Source of the DNA: Candidatus Micrarchaeota archaeon
Lineage (GTDB): Archaea; Micrarchaeota; Micrarchaeia; Norongarragalinales; SBBD01
Length of the DNA stretch: 64,000 nucleotides
NCBI GenBank assembly: GCA_018819225.1
Contig: JAHJQN010000008.1
Coordinates: 96,001-160,000 of the forward strand
Direction of reading: 5' to 3'
The notes beneath the pieces are model-generated. The model was not told the origin of the DNA, did not search any database, and saw nothing but the letters and a program-made list of their open reading frames with translations. A program made the translations under genes and the position numbers. The first letter of the stretch is position 1. Each line of letters starts with the position of its first letter. Shown here piece after piece: positions 29,073 to 38,642 of the stretch.

Positions 29073-29729
29073 TTAGGGCTGGGATGAATGCCTCTTGGGA
29101 TTCCGCTTCCCCCACATCACGATCAAAGCATGAAATTCATTGAATAGTTTTTCATCGCGAGGCAAACGGCATTCGAAACAGTGCTTCAGCTCCACATACT
29201 GTTTTCGTCCAGGAGGTTCCCGTAAAACAAATAGTTGGAACGCTTCGTTGAAGCGAAAGGTATATGCGTCGATCACAAATGAAGGCTTGTTTCCAGCGTA
29301 CAAGAGCATGGAATCCGCGGTTTCCGGGCCAATGCCGTGCAATGAGAGCAATTCGTCTCGGCAGGAATCCAGAGACTGATCCATCAACTTCCCAACGTCT
29401 CCATGGTAACGCGTTTCAACGTATTGGCAGAATTTCTTCAAGCGAATCGCTTTCTGCCTGTAATAACCGGATGCGCGAATCAACGGTTCCAACTCGCTCA
29501 GCGGAATGGACGCTAATGAGCGGCACGATAATTTTCCGTGTTTTTTTAATTGGGCGATCGCGTTTTCCACATTTTTCCAAGACGTATTTTGCGTCAGAAT
29601 CGCGCCCACGCACACCTCGAAAGAAGATTCAGCAGGCCACCAATGTTGCGGTCCGTACTCGCTCAGCAGCATGCGATAGACCGAAAAAAGACGGCGGGAA
29701 GCATTCGAAACGTTTTTTCGTTGAGGCAT
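29073..29729 (-). CDS. Endonuclease III-related HhH-GPD glycosylase
   Basis: GPQHWWP, GAILTQNTSW, LHGIGPETADS, VIDAY, EFHALIV. Confidence 0.9.
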   Translation of the reverse strand: MPQRKNVSNASRRLFSVYRMLLSEYGPQHWWPAESSFEVCVGAILTQNTSWKNVENAIAQLKKHGKLSCRSLASIPLSELEPLIRASGYYRQKAIRLKKFCQYVETRYHGDVGKLMDQSLDSCRDELLSLHGIGPETADSMLLYAGNKPSFVIDAYTFRFNEAFQLFVLREPPGRKQYVELKHCFECRLPRDEKLFNEFHALIVMWGKRNPKRHSSQP

Positions 29730-29796
29730 ACCCTTAATAATCACTTATTCCTTTAAACATTGCTAATTCTTTACGTTTTCAGGAGAGTGGAAACCT

Positions 29797-31332
29797 ATGA
29801 TCATCGTACTCGACTTCGGTGGACAATACGCGCACCTCATCGCCCGCAGAATCAAAGACCTGGGAACCCAAGCCGCGATTCTACCCTATCATGCATCCGT
29901 CGATGAAATTCGAAAGCACGAACCCCTGGGCATCGTCTTGTCAGGCGCTCCCGCAGCCATCACCGAAAAAGATGCGATTCGACCCGACATGAAGATCATG
30001 GATTTCGATATGCCCATCCTCGGCATCTGCTACGGAGAACAACTGATGGCCCAGCACTACGGAGGATCCCTCGCGACGCGAGGAGCCCAACGGGAGTACG
30101 GGAAAGAAGAAATGCAGGTCAAAGGAAAAAACGGGATTTTCAAAGGCTTGAAAGACCAGGAAACGGTTTGGATGTCGCACGGAGATGCCGTTGAAAAACT
30201 CCCCAAAGGATTCACCGTAACGGGCAGCACGCGGAAATGTGCTGTGGCTGCATTTGAAAATTCCGAAAAAAAGAGGTATGGTCTTCAATTCCATCCGGAA
30301 GTCGTGCACACGAAAAACGGTTCCAAAATCCTTGAAAATTTTGTGTTCAGGATCTGCGGAGCCGCCAAAGACTATTCCCTGAAGGGTTTGGACGAGCAAC
30401 TCTCGATCCCCATTCAAAAAGAAGTCGGGAAAGAAGGCGTGCTCATCGCGGTTTCCGGAGGCGTGGATTCGCTGGTGACCGCGGCGCTCCTGCACCGAGC
30501 GGTTCCCGAAAACCTGTACTGCGTTTTGATTGACACGGGCCTCATGCGTAAAGGAGAAATCGAGGAGACGAGTCGCTACTTCCAGAAACAAGGATTTCAG
30601 CATTTCGAGGTCGTCAACGCTGAAAAACGTTTTCTTGAAAGACTCCAAGGCATTCTGGACCCCGAGAAAAAACGCGAGGCCATCGGCCACACCTTCATCG
30701 AAGTTTTCGAGGAAAAAGCGCGGGAACTCGGAAAAAAAGCCAACATCCGTTTTCTCGCGCAAGGCACCATCTACCCCGACCGCATTGAAAGCGCGCAGGC
30801 ATCAGGAGCCGCGGAAAAAATCAAGAGTCACCATAATCTCACCCTCCCCGAAAAAATGCATTTGAAAGTCATCGAACCCTTGAAAGACTTGTATAAAGAC
30901 GAGGTTCGTCATTTGGGCGAAATACTGGGACTGCCGAAGGAACGCGTATGGCGGCAGCCGTTCCCCGGACCCGGACTCGCCATCCGGATACTCGGAGAGG
31001 TTACGCCCGACCGTTTGAGCATCGTACGGGAGACGGACTACGTTTACCGGGAAGAAATCCGAAAAGCAGGACTCGATAAGGGTGTATGGCAGTACTTCAC
31101 CGCACTGATTCCCGTCAAAGTCGTTGGCGTCATGGCGGACAAACGCACCTACGAATACATGATCGCCTTGCGTGCAGTCACCAGCAAGGACGGCATGACC
31201 GCCGACTTCGCCCGCATTCCCATGGACGTGCTCGAACGCATTTCCAGCCGCATCGTGAACGACGTGAAAGGCGTCAACCGCGTTCTCTACGACGTGAGCC
31301 AGAAGCCCCCTAGCACGATTGAGTACGAGTAA
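29797..31332 (+). CDS. guaA: GMP synthase (fused glutaminase + ATPPase), copy 1
   Basis: DFGGQY, GICYG, QFHPEV, SGGVDS, QGTIYPD, IKSHHN, PFPGPGL, KPPSTIEYE. Confidence 0.97.
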   Translation: MIIVLDFGGQYAHLIARRIKDLGTQAAILPYHASVDEIRKHEPLGIVLSGAPAAITEKDAIRPDMKIMDFDMPILGICYGEQLMAQHYGGSLATRGAQREYGKEEMQVKGKNGIFKGLKDQETVWMSHGDAVEKLPKGFTVTGSTRKCAVAAFENSEKKRYGLQFHPEVVHTKNGSKILENFVFRICGAAKDYSLKGLDEQLSIPIQKEVGKEGVLIAVSGGVDSLVTAALLHRAVPENLYCVLIDTGLMRKGEIEETSRYFQKQGFQHFEVVNAEKRFLERLQGILDPEKKREAIGHTFIEVFEEKARELGKKANIRFLAQGTIYPDRIESAQASGAAEKIKSHHNLTLPEKMHLKVIEPLKDLYKDEVRHLGEILGLPKERVWRQPFPGPGLAIRILGEVTPDRLSIVRETDYVYREEIRKAGLDKGVWQYFTALIPVKVVGVMADKRTYEYMIALRAVTSKDGMTADFARIPMDVLERISSRIVNDVKGVNRVLYDVSQKPPSTIEYE

Positions 31333-31401
31333 AAAGAAAATGTTAAATAGGAAGGCGCCTTAATTCAAATCCCTTCAATACTCTCTCGAAAGGAATACAG
31401 A

Positions 31402-32928
31402 ATGATTATTGTCTACAATTTTGGAAGCCAGTACGCCCACCTCATCGCCCGACGCATCCGGGAAATGGGCGTTCACGCCATCATTGTTCCGCACCACACG
31501 CGTGCCAGGACCATTAAGAAATTGAAGCCGGACGCCCTCATTTTTTCCGGAGGTCCGGCTTCCACGTGGAGTACGAGCGCGTTGTTGCCGGATCCCGATC
31601 TCTTTAAACTCAATATTCCGATGCTCGGCATCTGTTATGGACAACAGGTTCTTGCTGAAATGCTTGGCGGCGAAGTCGTTCCCGGACGCGCCGCAGAATA
31701 CGGGAAAGAAACCGTTTTCATCGATGACTTCTCCGGATTATTTAAGGGATTAAAAGGCAAGGAACACGTCTGGTTCTCCCACGGCGACGCCGTCGAAGTA
31801 GTCCCCAAGGGCTTCAAGGTGACGGCCCGCACGCGCATCTGTCCAGTGGCCGCCATTGAAAACCATGAAAAAAAGAGGTTCGGCGTCCAGTTCCACCCCG
31901 AAGTCGAACACACCGAACAAGGCATGACGATTATCCGAAATTTTCTTCGAATGACCCGTCCTAAAAAAGACTGGAAGATGAATGACGTCTCCAGGCAATT
32001 AATCAAGCGCGTGCGAAAACAGGTGAAGAAACAAGGGGTAATCATGGCCATTTCAGGCGGGGTGGACTCCCTCGTGACCGCCGCCATCATGAAACAAGCG
32101 GTTCCGAAACATCTCTACCTCATCCTCATTGATAACGGATTAATGCGGTCCGGAGAAGTCGAGCTGATCAAGGAATACTACCAAAACGCAGGATTTCCGC
32201 ACTTCGAGGTCGTGGACGCAAGCCCGTTATTTTTGCGAGCCCTCCGGGACGTCACCGACCCGGAACAAAAACGGAGGAAGATCGGACACACGTTCATGCA
32301 CGTCTTTGATACGAAAGCAAAGGAATTGAAGAAGTACAAACGAATCCGTTTTCTCGCGCAAGGCACCATCTACCCCGACCGCATTGCAGGCACGCACACG
32401 CCGCTGGCAGCCATCAAACACAACCGCCACCACATCATCCGCTCCGAGAAAATGAAGCTTAAAATCATCGAGCCCCTAGCTGAATTCTATAAAGACGAGG
32501 TCCGCGTGCTCGGAAGACAACTCAAGCTCCCGAAAGAAAAAATTGAGCGCCATCCGTTCCCAGGACCCGGACTCGCGATTCGCATCGTCGGAGAAGTAAC
32601 GAAAGATCGCTTGGAAATGCTTCGAAGCGCAGACGACATCTTCGTCCACGAACTCAAAAAGGCTAAAAGATATCAAAAGATTTGGCAGGCGTTTGCCGTA
32701 CTGATTCCCGTACGAACCGTTGGCGTGATGGACGACTACCGCACATTGGACTTCATCATTTCATTGCGAGCAGTAAACAGCAAGGACGGAATCACCGCGG
32801 ACTGGGTGCGATTGCCGCCGGGTTTAATGGAAACGGTTTCGAACCGCATCATCAACGAAGTGAAGGGCGTGAACCGCGTGGTGTACGACGTGAGCCAGAA
32901 GCCGCCGAGCACCATCGAATACGAGTGA
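31402..32928 (+). CDS. guaA: GMP synthase paralog, copy 2 (IKSHHN loop altered)
   Basis: Same architecture and motifs; IKSHHN replaced by IKHNRHH. Confidence 0.88.
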   Translation: MIIVYNFGSQYAHLIARRIREMGVHAIIVPHHTRARTIKKLKPDALIFSGGPASTWSTSALLPDPDLFKLNIPMLGICYGQQVLAEMLGGEVVPGRAAEYGKETVFIDDFSGLFKGLKGKEHVWFSHGDAVEVVPKGFKVTARTRICPVAAIENHEKKRFGVQFHPEVEHTEQGMTIIRNFLRMTRPKKDWKMNDVSRQLIKRVRKQVKKQGVIMAISGGVDSLVTAAIMKQAVPKHLYLILIDNGLMRSGEVELIKEYYQNAGFPHFEVVDASPLFLRALRDVTDPEQKRRKIGHTFMHVFDTKAKELKKYKRIRFLAQGTIYPDRIAGTHTPLAAIKHNRHHIIRSEKMKLKIIEPLAEFYKDEVRVLGRQLKLPKEKIERHPFPGPGLAIRIVGEVTKDRLEMLRSADDIFVHELKKAKRYQKIWQAFAVLIPVRTVGVMDDYRTLDFIISLRAVNSKDGITADWVRLPPGLMETVSNRIINEVKGVNRVVYDVSQKPPSTIEYE

Positions 32929-32976
32929 ATTAGCCTTTTTTATACGGAATCCGGATGGCTTCAGAAACCTTCTTTT

Positions 32977-35900
32977 TCACATCCGAAAAATGGGTCCTTC
33001 GACAGGCCCTTGAGGCGGGTGTTTCCGGGAAGCAAAGTAAAGCGCACCGGCAACCAACAACAGTAAACCAATACTTGCAATAATCCAGTTCCACGAAGCC
33101 TTACCGGAACGCACCTTAAACAATAACTCGCGGGCGTTGTCCTTCGCGCGTTTCCACAAGCTCTGCGCTTCCTCATCTTGTCCCCGATTCTCCAACCGGA
33201 TGGCTTGATCCACCAGCGAGCGAATTTCTTGCGTGTCCTTCCCATTTTGCTCGAGTTCCTTTAGCGCGTCATTCAGCTCGGCGTCCTCCAACACGAGAAA
33301 CGGAGTCAATTGCTCGAAGGGGGTAGGCGTCACGTCATCCGGTCGAGTCCCTTGCTCCGTTGGAGTCGGTCCAAACGGATAATCATCGTCTCCGCCGGCC
33401 GGATAATTACTATAAGGCTTAGGACATAACCCGCAATCCGGTTTGCACGTTGAACAGGATTCGCTGTTCTGACAAATGCCGTCCCCGCAGTACGGTTCAG
33501 GCGTTATGGTAGGCGTCGGAGTCGGTTGCTCCGGCAACGCCGAAGAAACCATTGCAATATAAGAAGCATCGTCCGCATCGCGCGGGAAAGCACCCGCTTC
33601 ATTCACAATGGCCCACGCGGCTTCCAGCGGAGTCATCTCCGTAACAGGGGGAGCAGGAAGCGGATCGTTCGTCGTTCCTTCAATTGAACAACCTTTCGGA
33701 ATCACGTTTCCCTCCAGGTAAACCGGGCCCGGAGAATCGGTCAGAACGATGGCGTCGCACGCATCACTACCGGCATCCGCCAAGTAATAATTTTTAACTA
33801 GATTAGCGGTCGAACCCAAACGAATTCGCGTTCCGTAATTGTTCCAGGCGTATACCAAGTTGTTTACGATGTCGAGGTTGAACACGTTCGTGTGGGCCTG
33901 TGGATTGCGCTCGTGACCATCGAAATACAAATTGTGATGCAAGGAAATATCACCGGTTCCATCGTAAGCGATCAACTGGTTCTTGACCGTATCAGCCAGA
34001 ATGGACCATTGCACGGTAATGTCATGCGAACCCGAGATATCCAACGCCCCGTCCCCTCCCCGCCGGAACGAACAGTGATCGATAACGATATTGTACGCGC
34101 CCTGTTCAATGCGAAGATTGTCTCCTTGATTCTGATCCGGATTGTCGCGGAAACGCAAGTGCTGGAGAATGATATCATGAACGTCATCCGGATCACTGTC
34201 AATTTCCATCAACGGGCCTCCCGCAAATGAAGGGGAAGGAGCGATCGTAATTCCAGGAGAAGGAGCAGTGGAACCATCCACCGTAATGTGATGGCCCTTG
34301 AAAGAAAGCATGCTGTCAATCAGAATGGTTCCTCCAACGGAAAACGTGATCATGCGGTTCGACTGCGAAATCGCGTCACGAAGGGATCCGGTACCCGAAT
34401 TCGCTAATGATGTCACGACGTAAGGCGTTCCCCCCGAGCCGCCCGGAGTTTGCGAACCATATCCTTCAAACGGGCGGTCCTCACCGGGTTCCGGTGTCGG
34501 TTGAATGCATGCACCCACGCAACACACTCCGGAATTGCAGAATCCTTCGGGTTCAGGGGAACAATCTTCGAGCCCGCCGCAATCACTCAAACATTGACCT
34601 CCAAAGTCGAGCACGCAATCCAACTCGGAACCCTGACCTTCGCACTCCACGGCGCAACAGCGGTCCGAGTCCTCCGCAGGAAGCCACTGGTCCCCGGGAC
34701 ACGATTCATCCTCCGTGCAAATATGACCGCCTTGCTCGTCACACGTTGGAAACGGAGTCGGCGAAAGGCATTGCCCCGTTCCGTCATCACAGTTCAAACC
34801 TTGCGGGCAACCACATGCACCGCAGTCTTCAATGAGCGTACCGTCCTGACAGAACCACGGCCGATCCTGCGAGCATTCTCCGTAAGGCGTCCCATCATTG
34901 CAAGTAAGAGGGGGTTGTTCTCCGTCGAATTCAAAGGCACCAATATCAATGCGCCCCCCGGGATAATTGGATCCATACGCGGGATCGCCTCGATTGATGA
35001 GCGGCGAGCCTTCACGCAAATGCAAATCATCCAGGATGCGCATTCGATACGGCGGTTCGCAATTCGAAATAGCCGTTTCAAACCCCGCGCCGAACGTCAA
35101 CACGCAGGGGTAATCATCATTTTCGAGTTGACCGAGTTCCGTGTACGGAGTAACCAGCATCGGATCCCCGAAATTAAATAACGAATTCGGATCTTGAACC
35201 GGTTGGGGTACATCATTCTGCACTTGCCAAGAGGATAGCGAGTACGGTGCGTCCGTATTCTGTTCAATCCAGTCCTCGATGCCGGGCCACCAGCCATCCA
35301 CCCCGTACCAATCCCAAAAATTTCCATCCGGCTGGGTGGGGCTATCCTTATTCCATGAAGAACATGCGTTGAAATCGGAATCGAACACGTTTTGATACTC
35401 GGGGCCAACTAAGAAGCACGTTCCCCATTGATCCGTCCGCGAGAAAAGGAAATTGTTCCGGAATTTGATATCGGTCGCTCCCTGATACCACGGAATCGAG
35501 GGACAATAGGTCTGCGCGTGCGGGCGAATTCCCATAAAGTGATTATTTTCAATAACGCCTGAGACCTCATCGTAATCGCATTCCACATTGATGAACGGAG
35601 CCTGTTGGCCCACCGGATACCAGACGTTTCGCGTATACCGGAAGTTGTATGGACATAATTGACCTAAGTGCTCTTGTCCCCAAAAGATCTGGCTGTCCTC
35701 AACCACGCAATCCCGTTCTTTGCTTGAGTGGCTCAACACATTTCGTCCACCATAAAACAGGCTATTTGTAACGAAAATTCGATCCGATAACTGGATATTC
35801 AAAATACTTGAACGGGTCTCCAAATCATCGTTTCCCAACAAGCGGCGGGCATCGAAGTTGATACTCCATCCCTCGACGTGGTCGACGAAAGCGTCATCGC

Positions 35901-36492
35901 TGTCGTAAAGCCAAAGCGACCGACCGCCCCCTCGGTGAACGCCGTCCCGAGAAGAGGGGTCCACGAAAATCAAGGAGTCCTTAATGGAGAAACCCGTGTT
36001 CTCCTTCGAAACAATACCGCCCTTGTTCCGAACATAAAAACCTTCCAAATACCAGTAATCAAAACCGTCATGAATGTAAATAATACCGTTTTCAATGAAC
36101 GCTTGATTCGCGTCATCCTGAGCCGAAGGCGCATTCCCTTTTCCGATGATTTGAGAAGCCGTGGAAAGCGCGATCAACCGAATCGGATTTGCTTGGGTTC
36201 CCGCATTCGAGGGTCGAATAATCGCGGGATACGGCGGATCATCGTACGGCCAGATGTTCGTTTCTGTAAATGGGCCTTCATCAATATTATAGGTACCCGG
36301 ATGCACGTACGCGGTATCCCCCGCCTGCATCAACTCAACCGCTACATTCAGATGACACCAAGGCGTTCCCTGGGAACCGGGACCATTATTGTTACAAGCA
36401 GGATTCTGGATATCAACGAAATAGGTAGATGCAGAAACGAGAGAAATGAAGCTAGCAAAAACAAGGACGGTAAAGAAGTGCGGGAACCGCAT
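32977..36492 (-). CDS. Surface protein: beta-helix, Cys-rich modules, PL1 pectate lyase-like domain, helical stalk and TM anchor
   Basis: Signal peptide; YFVD..N.GPGS..PW/AGDT; DIGAFE; FEGYG..GG.GG..Y.VTSL, VIDHCS, HHNL, RNP; C-terminal TM. Confidence 0.8.
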   Translation of the reverse strand: MRFPHFFTVLVFASFISLVSASTYFVDIQNPACNNNGPGSQGTPWCHLNVAVELMQAGDTAYVHPGTYNIDEGPFTETNIWPYDDPPYPAIIRPSNAGTQANPIRLIALSTASQIIGKGNAPSAQDDANQAFIENGIIYIHDGFDYWYLEGFYVRNKGGIVSKENTGFSIKDSLIFVDPSSRDGVHRGGGRSLWLYDSDDAFVDHVEGWSINFDARRLLGNDDLETRSSILNIQLSDRIFVTNSLFYGGRNVLSHSSKERDCVVEDSQIFWGQEHLGQLCPYNFRYTRNVWYPVGQQAPFINVECDYDEVSGVIENNHFMGIRPHAQTYCPSIPWYQGATDIKFRNNFLFSRTDQWGTCFLVGPEYQNVFDSDFNACSSWNKDSPTQPDGNFWDWYGVDGWWPGIEDWIEQNTDAPYSLSSWQVQNDVPQPVQDPNSLFNFGDPMLVTPYTELGQLENDDYPCVLTFGAGFETAISNCEPPYRMRILDDLHLREGSPLINRGDPAYGSNYPGGRIDIGAFEFDGEQPPLTCNDGTPYGECSQDRPWFCQDGTLIEDCGACGCPQGLNCDDGTGQCLSPTPFPTCDEQGGHICTEDESCPGDQWLPAEDSDRCCAVECEGQGSELDCVLDFGGQCLSDCGGLEDCSPEPEGFCNSGVCCVGACIQPTPEPGEDRPFEGYGSQTPGGSGGTPYVVTSLANSGTGSLRDAISQSNRMITFSVGGTILIDSMLSFKGHHITVDGSTAPSPGITIAPSPSFAGGPLMEIDSDPDDVHDIILQHLRFRDNPDQNQGDNLRIEQGAYNIVIDHCSFRRGGDGALDISGSHDITVQWSILADTVKNQLIAYDGTGDISLHHNLYFDGHERNPQAHTNVFNLDIVNNLVYAWNNYGTRIRLGSTANLVKNYYLADAGSDACDAIVLTDSPGPVYLEGNVIPKGCSIEGTTNDPLPAPPVTEMTPLEAAWAIVNEAGAFPRDADDASYIAMVSSALPEQPTPTPTITPEPYCGDGICQNSESCSTCKPDCGLCPKPYSNYPAGGDDDYPFGPTPTEQGTRPDDVTPTPFEQLTPFLVLEDAELNDALKELEQNGKDTQEIRSLVDQAIRLENRGQDEEAQSLWKRAKDNARELLFKVRSGKASWNWIIASIGLLLLVAGALYFASRKHPPQGPVEGPIFRM

Positions 36493-36561
36493 GAAATAAT
36501 GAATAAACGCGAGGTGATTAAAAAGTTATGCTATCCAGGAAAAGAGGAACGAGAAACAGGA

Positions 36562-38589
36562 TTACGAGCGAACGGATCGCTTCAGCACCTTTTTTCGCTT
36601 ATCGAAAAAGAACCAAGCCGTAGCAACAGCCACCGCGCCCGCAATGAACACCCACGTCATGAAATTGAATTCCGCCTTCGCTTTTTCTTGATTATACACC
36701 CCCCGCACTTGTTCAGCCACCAAGTATCCGGCTGCACCTTCTCTGATTGCTTTGGATTTCAGCACGGGCGCCATTAATGGGCTACCACCTGGGCGAGGAG
36801 TAGGCAAACAGCTTCCCATGCAGCAGACACCTGTTTCACAAAAACCTTCCACGTCTTCCCAACACGTTCGGTAGTAATCGCAGTTGTCGAGGCAACGGCC
36901 GCCCAAATCGAGTATGCAGTCCAATTGCGCACCGCCACCCTCACACTCGACCGCACAGCAGAATTCGGAATCGCTGGCCTCAATCCATTGGTCTTCCGGG
37001 CATTCTTCGTCCTCCTCGCAAATGTCCCCTCCTTGATCTGCGCACGTGAGTAATCCGTCCGAGAATTCAAACGCACCGATGTCAATGCGCCCGCCTGGGA
37101 AATCCGATCCATACGCGGGATCGCCGGCATCCCGCAACGGGGAATCGGACTGGAGACGCAAGTCATCGAGCACGCGCATCCGAAACGGGGGCTCGCAATT
37201 CGATTTCGCGTTCTCGTATCCGGCACCGAACGTTAGATAGCATGAGTAGTCGTCATTTTCCAATTGCCCTAGTTCTTCGTACGGAGTTATCAACTTGGGA
37301 TCGAATAGAAACATTGAGTTTGGATCCTGAAGCGGTTGCGGAACGTCTTCCTGCACTTGCCACTCCGCTAATGAATACGGTGCATTCGTGTTTTCTTCAA
37401 TCCAGTCCTCGATACCCGGCCACCAGCTGTCCGTTCCCCACCAGTTCCAAAAATTCCCCCCATATTGCGTCATATCGTTTTCGTCCCAGCTTGAGCAACC
37501 ATTGTAATCACTATTGAACACCATTTCGTATTCCGGACCCGAAACCATGCATGCTCCGCCATCATCCGTTACTCGAAAAATGAAGTTGTTGCGGTAGACA
37601 ATGTCTGTGGCGCCTTGGTACCACGGCGTATCAGGACAATAGGTCTGAGCCCACATGTGGATTCCGATGTTGTGATTGTTTTCGAACACACCGGATACAT
37701 TGTCCTGCTCGCATTCCACGTTGATGTACGGAGCCTGTTGACCCGTTGGGTACCACACGTTCCGGGAGTATCGAAAGTTGTAGGGGCACAACATACCGAT
37801 ATGTTCCTGTCCCCACATGAACGTGCTATCTTCGATGACGCAGTTCTCCTCGTTTTTCTGGTGATCGATTACGTTCCGGCCGCCGTATAGAATGCTGTTG
37901 GTAAGCTTCAATTCGTTGGACTGTAGAGACGTGAGCGTACTCGAACGCGTCTCGAGTTCCTCGTTTCCCAAAAGACGGTGGGCATCGAAGTTGATACTCC
38001 AAACCTCGACGTGGTCGATCCATGCGTTATGCGACCGGTATAAGCGAAGGCCCCGCCCCCCGCCCTTATGCACGCCATCATTTGTAGATGGATCCACGAA
38101 AATAAGGGAGTCCTTCAACTCAAAAAAATCCGCGTAGTTCGTGCGAATGCCGCCGCGGTTTTTCACGTAGAAACCCTGCAGCGTCCAGTAATCGTTTTCA
38201 ACGAAGACAATTCCGCCCTCGATGAACACCTGGTTCTCATCATCCTGGGCTTCCGGGGAATTGCCCAATCCGATGATGTCCGCAGCGGTCGAAAGCCCAA
38301 TGAGCTGGATCCGCTCGTTCTCCGTTCCGTCATTCACCGATGTGATATCCCCTTCCTCGTCCGCATACGGACCCGAGGCAATATCGTATGTTCCGGGTAG
38401 AACGTATGCGGTATCCCCGGCTTGCATGGAATGCACCGCTTCGTTAATCGTACACCAGGGTAGCACTTCGGAACCCGGTCCGTTATCATCACAAGAAAGA
38501 TCTTGAATGTTTACGTAAAACATCGCACCGGAAACCGTAGAAAATAAAAGATAGAGAACCAACGCCGATAAACTGATAGGAAAACGCAT
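36562..38589 (-). CDS. Surface beta-helix (pectin lyase-fold) protein, paralog 2
   Basis: Signal peptide; alignable with 32977 ORF; DIGAFE; two Cys modules; TM plus basic tail. Confidence 0.8.
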   Translation of the reverse strand: MRFPISLSALVLYLLFSTVSGAMFYVNIQDLSCDDNGPGSEVLPWCTINEAVHSMQAGDTAYVLPGTYDIASGPYADEEGDITSVNDGTENERIQLIGLSTAADIIGLGNSPEAQDDENQVFIEGGIVFVENDYWTLQGFYVKNRGGIRTNYADFFELKDSLIFVDPSTNDGVHKGGGRGLRLYRSHNAWIDHVEVWSINFDAHRLLGNEELETRSSTLTSLQSNELKLTNSILYGGRNVIDHQKNEENCVIEDSTFMWGQEHIGMLCPYNFRYSRNVWYPTGQQAPYINVECEQDNVSGVFENNHNIGIHMWAQTYCPDTPWYQGATDIVYRNNFIFRVTDDGGACMVSGPEYEMVFNSDYNGCSSWDENDMTQYGGNFWNWWGTDSWWPGIEDWIEENTNAPYSLAEWQVQEDVPQPLQDPNSMFLFDPKLITPYEELGQLENDDYSCYLTFGAGYENAKSNCEPPFRMRVLDDLRLQSDSPLRDAGDPAYGSDFPGGRIDIGAFEFSDGLLTCADQGGDICEEDEECPEDQWIEASDSEFCCAVECEGGGAQLDCILDLGGRCLDNCDYYRTCWEDVEGFCETGVCCMGSCLPTPRPGGSPLMAPVLKSKAIREGAAGYLVAEQVRGVYNQEKAKAEFNFMTWVFIAGAVAVATAWFFFDKRKKVLKRSVRS

Positions 38590-38642
38590 AACTGGATACT
38601 ATGCAGAAAGGGTAAATAAACGTTTAGGTCCACAGAAAAAAA

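Noticed and set aside
35878-36777. 299-aa + strand ORF and other long antisense ORFs (29941..30762, 34450..35181, 27589..28239)
   Set aside because: Shadows of well-supported genes on the opposite strand.
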